A model generated the notes under the pieces. The model ran no database searches and had not been told where the DNA came from. It was given only the letters and a program-made list of their open reading frames with translations. From the NCBI GenBank assembly GCA_951406725.2, contig OX597816.1, positions 161,634,001-161,698,000 of the forward strand: a DNA stretch of 64,000 nt, written 5' to 3'. The DNA is from Octopus vulgaris (taxonomy: Eukaryota). The translations under genes were made by a program, and so were the position numbers. Below are positions 1 through 13,769 of this stretch, in pieces (the stretch's first letter is position 1; every line of letters begins with the position of its first letter).

Positions 1-473
1 TGTATGTGTGTGTGAATGTGTGTGTGCACGTGTATGCATGTGAGTTGTCTTCAGTAATCATGATATCACATGATTATTGTATACAAGTGTCACTTTATCT
101 GTGTCATAAACCCCCTCCACTTAAAAGACTATTCCAGTGGGAGGTGCCACACAAAAAGCCTCCAGTGCACTCTATAAAGTGGTTGGTGGGGTATTGGGGA
201 GGGCATCCAGCTTTAGAAACCATGCCAGAACTGACAATGGAACCTGGTGCTGCTCCTGGCCATACCAGCTCCTGTCAAACCACACAGCTCCTGTCAGCTT
301 GGAAAACAGATAGTAAGTGATGACGATGACGACGCAATCCCTATTGCTCATCCCCACTTTTTTTCCCCCTTCTCTTCTTCCCAAAAAGAAAAGCTCTACT
401 TTGTATTTTGTCCCTTCTGTGTTTAGCCCTGCATGGCCAATAAAGAAATCTATTATCATTATTATTATTATTG

Positions 474-800
474 TGAAGGTGCATGGCTCAGTGGTTAGAG
501 CATAGAGCTTATGATCATGAGGTTGTGAGTTCGATTCCCAGACCGGGCTGTGTGTTGTGTTCTTGAATGAGACACTTTATTTCATGTTGCTCCAGTTAGC
601 TGTAGAAATGAGGTGTGACATCACTGGTGCCAAGCTGTATTGGCCTTTGCCTTTCCCTTGGATAACACTGGTGGCATGGAGAAGGGTGGCTGGTATGCAT
701 GGGTGACTGCCAGCCTTCCACAAACAATCTTGTGCCTCGGAGGGTAACTTTTTAGGTGCAATCCCATGGTCATTCATAACCAAAGGGGGTCTCCTCCTCC
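474..800 (+). mobile_element. tRNA-derived SINE family C. Related heads at about 11745-12075(-), 24535-25110, 39757-39990, 43146-43410, 48530-48850
   Basis: A-box TGGCTCAGTGG, B-box GAGTTCGATTCCC; body shared with 24535-25110; (TTA)n flanks. Confidence 0.82.
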
Positions 801-837
<37 letters not shown>

Positions 838-1103
838 TAGGGCAATCATTATGCAGTGCGCTGGCAGAATCATTAACATACTGGGCTTCACAGCGATTCT
901 TCTGTCTTTACATTCTGAGTTCAAATTCTGCCAAGGTCAGCTTTGCCTTTCATCACTTCAAGGTTGATAAAATAAGTACCATTTGGGCTCTGCAGTCAGT
1001 GGTATGGCCCAGGGCTGCACCCTTCTTCCAAATTTCAGGTTTTGTGCCTATAATAGAAAGGATTATTTAGTACAATTATTGAATCAAAGTTGTTTCTTAT
1101 TAA

Positions 1104-1324
1104 CACTTTTGTTTCCGTATTTACTTTGAAATGCTCTGTGTTTCTTTCAATTAATTTTAAATATAACAAAGAATTTAGTAAAATAACTTAGTTATCATTA
1201 AGCTAGTGTTAGGAACATAAATTGTGACTAAGGGTTGGTAGAAAATTTTAATTCAAAACTTATGAAACAAGACATTTGTACTGCAGTGCCAGAAGTGGTT
1301 TCAGCTGGGTTGGTATCAAAAGGG
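1104..1324 (+). mobile_element. piggyBac-type MITE family 1, copy 1
   Basis: TTAA flanks (1100-1103, 1325-1328); ends AAAAGGG; about 220-bp body shared with other copies. Confidence 0.8.
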
Positions 1325-1355
1325 TTAAGAATTGTTTCTCTATTATATATTTTAA

Positions 1356-1577
1356 CCCCTTTGTTACCATATTTCTATTGAGATGCTCTATGTTTCTTTC
1401 AATTAATTTTAAATATAAGAAAGAATTTAGTAAAATAACTTAGTTATCATCAAGCTAGTATTAGGAACATAAATCGTGACTAAGGTTTGGTGGAAGATTT
1501 TAATCCAGAACTTTTGAAAACAAGCCATTTGTACTACAGAGCCAGAGACGATTTCAGCCAGGTTGGTACCAGAAGGG
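1356..1577 (+). mobile_element. piggyBac-type MITE family 1, copy 2
   Basis: TTAA|CCCCTTTGTTACC...GGTACCAGAAGGG|TTAA. Confidence 0.85.
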
Positions 1578-1613
1578 TTAAATTAATCCTTTGTTAAATT
1601 AATCATTTGTTGA

Positions 1614-1828
1614 CCCTTTTGTTACCATATTTCTGTTGAGATGCTCTCTGTTTTTTTTTTCCAGTTAATTTTAAATATAACAGAATTTAGTAAAATAACT
1701 TAGTTATCATCAAGCTAGTGTTAGGAACATAAATTGTGACTAAGGTACGGTGGAAGATTTTTTTTATGAAACAAGACATTTGTACTACAGAGCCAGAGGT
1801 GGTTTCAGCCAGGCTGGTATCAAAAGGG
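1614..1828 (+). mobile_element. piggyBac-type MITE family 1, copy 3
   Basis: TTGA|CCCTTTTGTTACC...GGTATCAAAAGGG|TTGA. Confidence 0.85.
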
Positions 1829-2736
1829 TTGAAGGAGGGTAGGGATACAGAGGAGAGATAATTTCAAACCAAATTATGTTTTGGGCTCAAGGCCAGCAAG
1901 TTCAGGTGAGAGGTAAGTCGATTCTGTCAACCTCAGTGCTTGAGTGGTACTCAACATTTTGCCTGATGTGTTAACAATTTGCCAGCTCACTGCTGTGTAG
2001 AAGAGAGATAGTTGACAGCATGGATGACTACCTTGTGACCACTTACTCTTTTACTTGCTTCAGTCATTTGACTATGGCCATGCTGGAGCACTGCCTTTAG
2101 TTGAACAAATCAACCTCAGGACTTACTCTTTGTAAGCTTAGTTGTCAAGCGATGATGGAGGGACAAACACAGACACAGATACATATGTACATATATATGT
2201 GTGTGATGGGCTTCTTTCAGTTTCCATCTACCAAATCCACTCACAAGGCTTTGGTTGGGCCAAGGCTATAGTAGAAGACACTTGCCCAAGGTGCCACACT
2301 GTAGGACTGAACCTGGAACCATGAGGTTGGGAAGCAAGCTACTTACCACACAGCCACTCCTGCGCCTTGTCCAAATGTTTTGCAAAATACTTCTGTGCAG
2401 ATGCCCTGACCTATCACATTGATAGTTTAAATGATGTTAGTATTTATCTTCTCTGTCAGAAGTGACTTTACTTTCTATTTCTTGCAAATTAATGAAAAAT
2501 AAAAAGAAAATTGTAAAAACATAATTAAAAAAAAATAAGCAGTGACGAAGTAATGAAAATTTCTGCTCATGTACAACTGGAAAAGTATAAGAAGTGATAA
2601 AAGTTTAGGAAAGTAAAAACATATTGGTTTTGATTTCTGAGAAGCTGAAGTGGAAAGATTTATGTCTCAGGAGTGTTGGATTTTTTTCATGATAGAAATT
2701 ATATTTTCAAATTTGTACACTAAAATCAGTCAATAT

Positions 2737-2897
2737 AGGAGAGAGAAAGAGAGAGAGAGGGTGGGGTGAGAGAGAGTTCTTCTCCAACATTATTCCAACC
2801 AATGAACAAATTCTCTGGAGATTCAAATAATAAATTTACCACTTGCCAATTGCTAAAACTTCATAATATTCCCAGACAGATTGAAAGAACAAGTTAG
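2737..2897 (+). other. Candidate upstream, probably non-coding, exon of the kinase gene
   Basis: Consensus donor TAG|GTGAGT at 2897/2898 in a repeat-poor island after a GA-rich tract; contains a 31-codon ORF (2802-2897) ending at the donor. Confidence 0.3.
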
Positions 2898-3385
2898 GTG
2901 AGTGTCATGATTTAATTATGTAGTTGACTTTTGTGAAAATTTGTGTTTTGTTAATGGAGTTAAGGAAATCGAAATTCTGACGTCCTTAGACTGGATTCCA
3001 TTCTATTCTCTTACAATTATTTTAGACTGGGGTGTGGTTAACACACTTAATAGTCTTAACTACTTAGCAAATAGGACTTTGTTACTACAGCTAGAGATTT
3101 AGTAACTTAATTTGGCCAGGCATGTGATGTAGGCATTCTGATTAATTAAGAGTGTGTTTTGATTTAGAAGGTGGTAATGTATTTTGATCATGAACCAGAA
3201 CATACACATGCATGCGTATGCTCACACACACACACACATATGTGCGTGTGCACACCCACACACTTGCGTACACACGCACACGCGTGCACACACTAAGGGT
3301 GGGGACCCTTTAGTCAGGGAATGGTACGGTGACTGATGTGATTCTGCCAACATCATAAGATATTTTAGTAGAGTATCATTTACAG

Positions 3386-3924
3386 CAGGGTTTCTCAACC
3401 ATTTATTTACCTATGGACCCCACTTTGATTTTTATTTTACTCAAGTGGACCTTCTTGGCCATTCATCATCATCACCATTTAACATCTGTTGTCAATGCTG
3501 GCATGGGTTGGATGGTTTGACCAAGGCTGGCACGCTGGAAGGCTACATCAGACTCCAGTCTGATTTAGCATGGTTTTCTATGGCTGGATGTCTTTTCTAA
3601 CCAGTCCGAGAGTGTAATGGGTATTTTTACATGTCACTTGCACGACCCCGGTATCTGCCATGGCTACGAGTTTCCTTGGCTTGATGGGTCTTCCTCTCAA
3701 GCATGACATAATGCCAAAGGTCTCAGTCATTGCCTCCGTGAGGCCCAACATTCAATGTTTAAAAATACCCTATTACATTTTCACAATTAAATATTATTAA
3801 GATTTGCATAAGAAAAATTGTTAAAACATTTTGTTTATTATAGAAGTATAACCAATTTATTGCACATAAATTTTAACAGCAAAATCTCATATGGACCCTT
3901 AGGGGTTTTTGCTGAGAACCACTG
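3386..3924. mobile_element. hAT/Charlie-type MITE with a nested RTE tail (about 3464-3750)
   Basis: TIR CAGGGTTTCTCAAC...GCTGAGAACCACTG; 8-bp flanks ATTTACAG/GTTTACAT (6/8 match). Confidence 0.65.
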
Positions 3925-4334
3925 GTTTACATGGACATTATTAGGGTATTTATTAAAGTGAAATCCTTTTTTTCTCATTTCTCTTTTATAATTGGCAAGT
4001 ATTATATTCACTTTGATAATTAATAATTGACATTTTAACACCAAGGCTTTCATATTGATAAAAAAGGACTGTTTATTGCAAAGATACTGGCCTGTTTCTA
4101 TGATAGACTGCTAAGTTGTTTGGCTGTTAACATAAATATTGATCCATTGGGGGATCAGAACCATCAAGTCATTTTATGTTTCTTCAAGGGGTGGGGATTG
4201 GGGTATCCCCCCCTCCTGCCTAGAAATTTGAAATTCCTTCTTCTTGATTTGTAAGTTTTATATGTTGACTGTGCTAGATTATTTCTCAATTTCTAGCAGA
4301 AAAAGTAATATATACATACATACATACATACATG

Positions 4335-4376
<42 letters not shown>

Positions 4377-5290
4377 TACTAAAATAGTGCTAATAGTTCC
4401 TATAAAATACCATATCTTGGAACTATTTTATGGTAATTGAATCAATTATCGTAAAATATCATCATGAACTTGCATTTAGTTAATAGCTGTCAAAATCTGA
4501 TTTCAAAGGTCTAATGCATTCTGATTCATTGTGAAATACCAACTGTAGAATTTGGTTTACTAAAAATTAATAGGAGGCATAGCTTGTATAGGTTATGACA
4601 TTCACAACAACAGGGAGATATGCCATTTATTTCTTGAAATGGGGAAAAAAGGAATTTTTTGCATTGTATTCTTTTTAATCTGGAAAAAAAAAAGAATAAA
4701 TAAAAAAATAAAAACGTAATAAATCCCGAATCAAACCATCAACTTTGGTACAAAATCTTGATGCATTAATTGGTATAGAATTTGAGAGAAAGGAAACAGC
4801 TTTTAGTTAGTCACTTATGTAGCCAGATCCACTAAGTCAAGTTTTCAACTAAAAAGATATGTTTACTTCGGAGAATATTATATAAACAGGCTATATGTAT
4901 GTATATGTATCATTATCATCATCATCATCCAGCGTTTTAAATCTGGGCTTTGTCCCTGTTAACAGGGGTGGCTAGATCTACCTCAATGCCATAGCAACTG
5001 AAGTAGGCAGGTGCAGCCCACCCCAACCTTTGGGCTGGCTGGTGGCCAGTCTCCTTTGCTATCATGAGGCTCTTTTGAAGCTGGATTTTCTACGGGGAGC
5101 ATGCCCTTGCTTACCCTAACCTCAGTCTCTAGACATGGGTGGTCCTGAGACCGAAACATCTACCACAATTTTTAAGAAATGTGGTGGAAAACTTGCTCAG
5201 GAAGGCAGGGACACTACTCCCTGAGACCCTTTTTGCAGCACCCCCATGTATACATATGTATATATGTGTATATATAGATATCTATATCTA

Positions 5291-5359
<69 letters not shown>

Positions 5360-6791
5360 ATCTATATATATATATATATATATATACTTCTAATATAGGA
5401 TAAAATTTATTTCAAGAATGCCAATAGAATAGACTTTCAATCATCAATCACCACAAATACACAAATGTATATACAAATGGCTTACATACATACATGTTGC
5501 TGTGTTGTTAGGAAGTTTGCTTCCCAACCATGTGGTTTCATGTTCAGTCCCACTACATGGCATCTTGGTCTAATCTCTTCCACAATACTCCTGGGCCAAT
5601 CAGTTTTGTGAGTAGGTTTGAACTAAGGATCTTTATTTCTAAACTGACAGTAATAACATTCCCTCTGGCACCCCACCACTGACATCTTTTTTCTTCTTGG
5701 CTACTCTATCCACCCTTATATAATGCAGGTACCATGTATCTCCACTATAGCAAGCCTCCTGACACAAACCCAACCACTCTCATCTCAAATAACCCCCTGC
5801 CAAATTAGTTGCAAGGAGTGAGGGTCCTTTATATGTTATAACTGGTTTATATTAAAGAATAAAGATATTGTGAGTCAGTATAGTTTTACCGATTCTGACT
5901 CTAACTCCAGTTATCACTTGTTTCTGACTCCGACTCCACGACCCTGAATCTGAGTTGACAACTTTGAATCTGACTCCACAGCCCTGGTAGAAACTATGCC
6001 AAAGCTGACACTGGAGCTGAACACAGCTTTGTGGCTTACCAGCTCCTGTTAAACCATCCAACTCCTGCCAGCATGGGAGACAGACATTAAATGATGATGA
6101 CGATAATGTTTCTCAATCCAGTATTTGCTTTACTATGTATTTCTCCAGAAATAAGACATTTGATAGTGATCTAATCAATATCTAGCTAATCAAAGGCGGA
6201 GAGCTGAGCATGTCGGGCAAAATGCTTAGTGGCATTTCATCTGCTGTTATGTTCTGAGTTCAAATTCCACTGAGGTTGACTGTTCCTTTCATCCTTTGGG
6301 GTCAGTTAAATAAGTACCAGTTACGCACTGGGGTTGATGTAATTAACTTAATCCCCTTGTTTTTCCCTCTATGTTTAGACCCTTGTGGGCAGTAAAGAAA
6401 TAAATATGTTGCTTTACTATGTATTTCTCCAGAAATAAGACATTTGATAATGATCTAATCAAAGGTGGTGAGCTGGTGGAATCGTTACCATGCCGGAAAA
6501 CCCACTTAGCTGCATTTCTTCTGACTTTATTTTGGGTTCAAATGGTGTTGGGGTTGGCTTTGCTTTTCATCATTTCAGGGTTGATAAAATAAGTACTAAC
6601 TGAACACTGGAATCAATGCAATCAAAATACGCCTCCCCTGAAATTGCTGGCCTTGGACCAGAATTTGAAACCAATGTTTAGCTAATTGAAGCAGTAGAGA
6701 AGTAAATATTAATAAATAAAAGGAAAAAAGTGAAGTTTTTCTTTCTGAAAATGGGATTAAAAGTTCTAACTAATTCTCGTATTATAATATA

Positions 6792-7016
6792 TATTTCTTT
6801 ATTGCCCACAAAGGGCTAAACATAGAGGGGATAAACAAGGACAGACAAAGGGATTAAGTCGATTACATCGACCCCAGTGCGAAACTGGTACTTTATTTAT
6901 CGACCCCGAAGGGATGAAAGGTAAAGTCGACCTCGGCGGAATTTGAACTCAGAACGTAATGATAGACGAAATACCGCTAAGCATTTCGCCCGGCACGCTA
7001 ATGAGTCTGCCAACGC
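6792..7016 (-). mobile_element. SINE family B with a perfect 16-bp TSD
   Basis: CTCGTATTATAATATA at 6776-6791 and 7017-7032. Confidence 0.9.
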
Positions 7017-8089
7017 CTCGTATTATAATATAATGTATTTAACCACCTCAATCTAACTTCAATTTTTAATGAATATAGAAATATATTAACTAAGCTGAGT
7101 ATCCATATTATGCAAAGGACCTTCTAATTGGTTTGATTATATGTGAAAACAGTACAACTAATTAGTATTCTTCACAGCATGTATGTAAATATATCTTGTC
7201 ATGTGAACATATGAGTGTATGTGTGTGTGTGTGTGAGCATGTGTGGCAAGTAAAAAACACCATTTGAGCGTGGTTGTTGCCAGTGCCACCTGACTGGCTC
7301 CCACCCATGCTGGCACATAAAAAGCACTATTTGAGCATGGTGGTTGCCAGTGCTGCCTAACTGACTCCTGTGCTAGTGGCACATAAAAAGCACCCAGTAC
7401 ACTCTCGGAGTAGTTGGCATTAGGAAGGGCATCCAGCTGTAGAAAGCTTTGCCAGATCAGATTGGAGCCTGGTGCAGCCTTCTGGCTTGCCAGCCCTCAG
7501 TCAAACCATCCAACCCATGCCAGCATGGAAAGCAAATGTTAAACGACAACGATGATGATGATATATATGTATACAGAGAGAGAGAGAGAGATGTATGTAC
7601 TTGTGTATACATCACTATATAAATAACATTTTTTTACATGTATTCACATATGTAGTATATATAATGGGTGCATGCATATTAAAACAGACTCCACCTAGTA
7701 ACACAAGTCAATGTTAATATCATACACACACACACACACAGCATTATTCATTCTTTCTACTTTATATACTCATTGCTTGTTGTCTTTGAAGCTGTTGTTT
7801 TTGTAATTTTATTTACATTTCAATTCAGTGATAATAATATTTACGTTCTAAAGAGTCTCCTAATTTATTAATTATATGCAGCTTTTTTCAAAGCTTGTGA
7901 GCAATTAACATAGATAAATGGGTTAACACTTTTGTTGTCATCATTTTTTTTTAATGTTAGAGATGAAGAAACATCGCAGATTTTAATTTTTCTCCTCTCT
8001 TTCATCATCTTTCTCATTCCCTCTGTCTCCGATCTCCCACCCACCTCTGCCTTGTTTTTGTTTTCATTTTCAAATGCCATTGTTTGTAT

Positions 8090-8725
8090 ATCTGTGAGTA
8101 TGTGTGTGTGTGTGTGTGTGCGGGTGTGTATGTATGTATGTAGGTATGTGTGTATGTATGTATATTTATATGTACACACTCACACACACACACAAATATT
8201 AACACACATCCACTCTCCTATATATAAGTGTATGAATGTATGTTGTGTATATGTATGTATATACTCATTCACACACATCCACTCTCCACACATCCAACCA
8301 TATCTGTGTGTGTGTGTGTATGTGTGTGTGTGCGCGGGTGTGTGTGTATGTATATTTATATGTACACACACACACACTCACACACAGATATTAACATACA
8401 TCCACTCTCCTATATATAAGTGTATGAATGTATGTGAATATATATGTTGTGTATATGTATGTATATACTCATTCACACACATCCACTCTCCACACATCCA
8501 ACCATATCTGTGTGTGTGTGTGTGTATGTGTGTGTGTGCACGGGTGTGTGTGTATGTATATTTATATGTACACACACACACACTCACACACAGATATTAA
8601 CATACATCCACTCTCCTATATATAAGTGTATGAATGTATGTGAATATATATGTTGTGTATATGTATGTATACACTCATTCACACACATCCACTCTCCACA
8701 CATCCAACCATATCTGTGTGTGTGC
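8090..8725. repeat. Tandem repeat, about 200-bp unit x3, built from CA/TG microsatellites
   Basis: ATTAACA.ACATCCACTCTCCTATATATAAG recurs at about 8198, 8390 and 8596. Confidence 0.9.
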
Positions 8726-10535
8726 ATCCGTATGTGAATAAGCTTGTGCAGCAGTGCAAATGAATGCATGCGTAAGTAAAGGAGATGAGTAAATTGAACA
8801 CATGTCCTGCAGAACAAAATATTATTTTCCTGTGAGATAGTTCCTATAAAAACTGTATGTGCATATCGAAATGGTTTACTCTACTCCACAAATCGGAGTT
8901 TAGTCTTCTAACTTACAATAATAATATACATTGGAAGCAAGACTGGTTTCTCTCGTTAATAAAATTATCTTCATTATAGTGGATTCTTATTATATGAAGA
9001 GGTATTTGCTGACATCTTTGTCATGTGGTCGTTATGAAGGGCCATCAGCGTTTAAAACTACTTACAATTATAACATACTTAAGAATACTTTAAACACTAC
9101 ATATGTCCGTTAGTAATTATGTTACCACTTGTAACAGTATCTGTTATAATTAATGTAATTGCTTTCATTTCTTTGATAATGAGGTCTTGATACATTTCAT
9201 AGAATATTTTAATCAAATTTTGTAATGAAAGTATAAAGAAGACAAAAATTGATATACCCCAGTATAGCCACAGCTAAATGGTTGAAACATCTTTGTGACA
9301 GGAGTGGCTGTGTGGTAAAAAGCTTGCTTCCCAACTCCATGGTTCTAGGTTCAGTCCCACTGCATGGCCAACCAAAGTCTTGCAAGTGGATTTGGTAGAT
9401 GGAAACTGAAAGAAGCCATCATATATATGTATGCATGTATGTATATGTTTGTGTCTGTATTTGTTCTCCCATCATCACTTGACAACCGATGTTGGTGTGT
9501 TTACATCCCCATAGCTGTTCGACAAATGTGACCAATAGAATAAGTACTAGGCTTACAAAGAATAAATTCTAGAGTTGATTTGTTCAACTAAAGTTGGTGC
9601 TCCAGAATGGTCAGAGTCAAGACTGAAACAAATAAAAGATATATATATATATAATGTATTTGTGTCTCTGTGTTTGTCCCTCCCCCCACCATTGCTTGAC
9701 AACCAATGTTGGTGTGCTTACATCCCTGTAACTTAGCTCTTCAGCAAAAGTGACCGACAGAACAAGTACTAGGCTTACAAAGAATACATCCTGGAGTCAG
9801 TTTGTTCGACTAAAGGCAGTGCTCCAGCATGGCCGCAGTGAAAATGACTGAAACAATTAAAAGAATAAAATTGCCAAGTTTAACTCTTTAGCATTTAATC
9901 TTGGCCCCAATAATCTGCCCGATTATGTTTAAAGTGGTTAAATCTAACTTCTCACACCTACCCTACATTGTCATTCTAAAAATATACAAAAATCTATCTA
10001 GTAAAATATCCATTTTACGGATCCTCACATCGTGGAAAATTTGCAGATCTTTTAGTCTCATTTTTCTCCCATTGCTAAGAATACCTGATGTCTAGTTTTT
10101 CTTATAATTACCTATTATTGTGTTTTGTTGCCATCCACTCCATTCTATCTTCCCAGTAGAAAATGGAGCTAAACTTTGATGTATGCAGAGGTAGGTGTTA
10201 GCATTAGTGATGTGTATAGGTGTGAATTGAAAGAAATAGGAGTCTTATGGAAGCTGTTTGTGAATGAGGTTACAGACATAGCACTAGTTCCAAGAGTGTG
10301 TATCATGATAAGCTGTATGGAGATTGGTGGTGGGGTTGGGCAGTGTGACTGTACCAGCAACAAAATACACTTGGATTTTCCACCTATGTAGGCGCAGGAG
10401 TGGCTGTGTGGTAAGTAGCTTGCTTGCCAACCACATGGCTCTGGGTTCAGTCCTACTACATGTAGCCTTGGGCTGATCAAAGCCTTTTGAATGGATTTGG
10501 TAGACGGAAACTGAAAGAAGCCTGTTATATATATA

Positions 10536-10591
<56 letters not shown>

Positions 10592-10710
10592 CGTTCCTTG
10601 ATTGTGATGTTGAACTTATAAATGGTATATGACTATTTAATTTTTTCCCACTAGGCCGCTGGTGGCAAAAAAATTCTACAAAATTTTTTTCGCCACCCTA
10701 TATTGATTAA

Positions 10711-10799
<89 letters not shown>

Positions 10800-10805
<6 letters not shown>

Positions 10806-11090
10806 TTATTATATAGAAGGAGCTTCTACAGGACTAGAACTGTTTCATTCAAGAGAAATCTTCAGGAAGCTAGTTAACAAGAATTGTATTGGCATTTATA
10901 CATTTAGGCAGGTTTAAAGGGGTGGTGGTGGGGGACTTTTTGGGGGTAGGCATAGCGCAAAATATCATACTTGGGGGAGTGGTCAAGGAGTCAGTGGTAA
11001 ATTAGATAAAAGAATAAATAAAAAAATAAAAATATATATATAAAAAAGAATAGAGTTTTAGGTAAATAAGGAGATTCTCACTTATACCTA
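10800..11090 (-). mobile_element. Probable Penelope-like retroelement remnant inside a (TA)n tract
   Basis: Non-microsatellite block flanked by (TA)n that carries the hammerhead; the Penelope assignment is inferred from that association. Confidence 0.45.
10821..10871 (-). ncRNA. Type I hammerhead ribozyme motif
   Basis: Minus strand reads AGCUUC-CUGAAGA-UUUC UCUU GAAU-GAAA-CAG UUCUAGUC CUG-UA^-GAAGCU: conserved core, 6-bp stem I, short stems II and III, GUA cleavage triplet. Confidence 0.8.
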
Positions 11091-11189
11091 TACACATATG
11101 TATACATATATACACACACATACATACATATATACATACACACATACATACACACACACACATATACATATATATACACATATACACAC

Positions 11190-11245
<56 letters not shown>

Positions 11246-12649
11246 ATATATTTGTGTGTCTGTGCTTGACAACCAATGCTGGTGTGTTTACATCCCCCGT
11301 AACTTAGCAGTTCAGCAAAAGGGACCAATAGAATAAGTACTAGGCTTACAAAGAATAAGTCCTGGGGCCAATTTACTCAACTAAAGGCAGTGCTCCAACA
11401 TGGCTGCAGTCAAATGACTGAAACAAGTAAAAGAGTATGTATAGAAAAATGTAATTTTGTACAAATATTATTCAAATGATAAATATTTGCATAAAATATT
11501 CTTTTCTGCTCTAGGCACAAGGCCTGAAACTTTTGGAGAGGGGGCCAGTCGATTAGATCAAACCCAATATGCAACTGGTACTTAATTTATTAACCCTGCA
11601 AGGATGAAAGGCAAAGTCAGTATTGGCGGAATTTGAACTCAGAACGTAGTAGCAGAGGAAATATTGCTAAACATTTCACCCGGCGTGCTAACATCTCTGC
11701 CAGTTTGCTGCCTTATTTGCATAAAATATTAATTAAACAATAGATAGAGGGCACTCTGTTGGTTATAATGATGAGGGTTCCAGTTGATCTGATCAACAGA
11801 ACAGCCTGCTTGTGAAATTAACATGCATGTGGCCAAGCACTGCACAGACACACGTACCCTTACAATGTAATTCACAGGGAGATTCAGCATGACACAGAGT
11901 GTGACAAGGCTGGCCCTTTGAATAACAGGTACTACTCATTTTTGCCAGTTGAATGGACTGGAGCAACATGAAATAAAGTGTCTTGATCAAGGACATAATC
12001 CATCACCAGGAATTGAACCCACGACCTTGCGATTGTGAGCCAAATGTCCTAATCACCAACCCACATGCCTTCTAATTATACAAGCTTGTAATTAAATGGA
12101 TTATTAATAATCCTTTCCATTATAGGCACAAGGCCTGAAATTTGGGGGAGGAGGATAGTCGATTATATTGACCCCAGAATTTCACTGGTACTTAATTTAT
12201 CAACCCAGAAAGGATGAAAGGTAAAGTCAACCTCAGCAGAATTTGAACTCAGAATGTAGCGATGGGCGAAATACCATTAAGCATTGTGTCCAGCATGCTA
12301 ATGATTCTGCCAGCTTACCACCTTAAATAGATTATTAACGATAATGTTTGCTGATGAAATAAATAATTCTTTCTGATTTCGGCACAATGCCAGCAATTTT
12401 GAAGAGATGGGGAAGTCGGCTACATTGATCCCAGTCTTCAACTGGTACTCGTTTTATTGGCTCTAATAGGATGAAAGGCAAAGTCAACCTTGATGGTATT
12501 TAAACTAAGAACATTGAGCCACAAGCAATGTTCTTAGTTGACATGCTAACAATTCTGCTAGATGATCACCATCAATGAAGTAAATAATGTAAATGAAAAA
12601 TTAGGTTCTTAGCTGGATTGTCAATAATAATAATAATAATAATAACAAC

Positions 12650-12682
<33 letters not shown>

Positions 12683-13769
12683 CATTATCATCATTTAACA
12701 GCTGCTTTCCATGTTGGCATGTGTTGGATGGCTTGAATGAGGACTGGCAAGCCAGAAGGTCGCACCAGGCTCCTGTCTGATCAGCAAGTTTTCTACACAG
12801 CTGGATGCCCTTCCTAATGCCAACCACTCCGAGAGTGTAGTGGGTGCTTTTTTACATGCCACCGGCCAGGGAGGAGGTGGGCACTCAAGTTCAGCTTAAG
12901 AGGCTGATAGAATTAGTACCAGGGTTTTAAAAAAATAGATCCTGGAATCAATTCATTCAACTAAAAATTCTCCAAGGTGGTGCCCCAGCAAGGCCACAGT
13001 CTAATGATTGAAACAAGAAAAGCTAAAAGTTAAAAGATAATCAAGTCAAATACTAAGGTTGATTTAATATTCCTATTAAAGCCTCCTAGCTTTGCATGGA
13101 ATTATAATAGAAGACTTGAGACTTAGAAGTGAAAATGCCATAAAAATAACCTGGTATTGATTATCTTACTATAAAGGTTTACCAGTATATTTATTCATCT
13201 CTTGCACCTTACATATGCATGGCTCTGTGATTAGTTCTCAGCTGGAAGATGTTTAAATACAACTTTAGCAATATAAAGTTTTACTGTGCCTCATAAAATG
13301 TGGAACAAGTTATTCATATGAAAATTAGAGGGAAAAAATTATTTAAAACAGTGAAAGTCAAGTTAAACTGTAACGAGCAACTGAAATAAAATTTCAGGTT
13401 ACAGTGGAGATTTTATTAACTTTTACTAATTTACATGTCTAATTAGAACTGAAGCTAGACTGTTTTGTGAATGGCCTACTAAAATATCTGCTTCAGGTTT
13501 TTACAGCTTGGTAGGTTGGCATTTCACTTGGTTGGGTTGGTTGATACCTCTCACTTGCAATGTCTCATTCATAATCCTGCGCATAGCATAAATGCAGTCA
13601 AATAACAGCCTTGAGAAAATTAATCATATATGTTAATTGCCAGGAATGTTGCGGAAACGAAATTAAAGATGGCAAGGGAAGCAACAATGGCAGCATCCAT
13701 GATGATGAAAGCAACAAAGGTGGTCATAGTGATGAAGATTGCAACAATAACATTGGAGGTGTTAATGTG

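Noticed and set aside
480-545. tRNA-like sequence
   Set aside because: It is a SINE head continuing into a repeat body; I could not fold a convincing acceptor stem.
7932-8600. 222-aa ORF and overlapping ORFs
   Set aside because: Translation of a CA/TG-rich tandem repeat; low-complexity in all frames.
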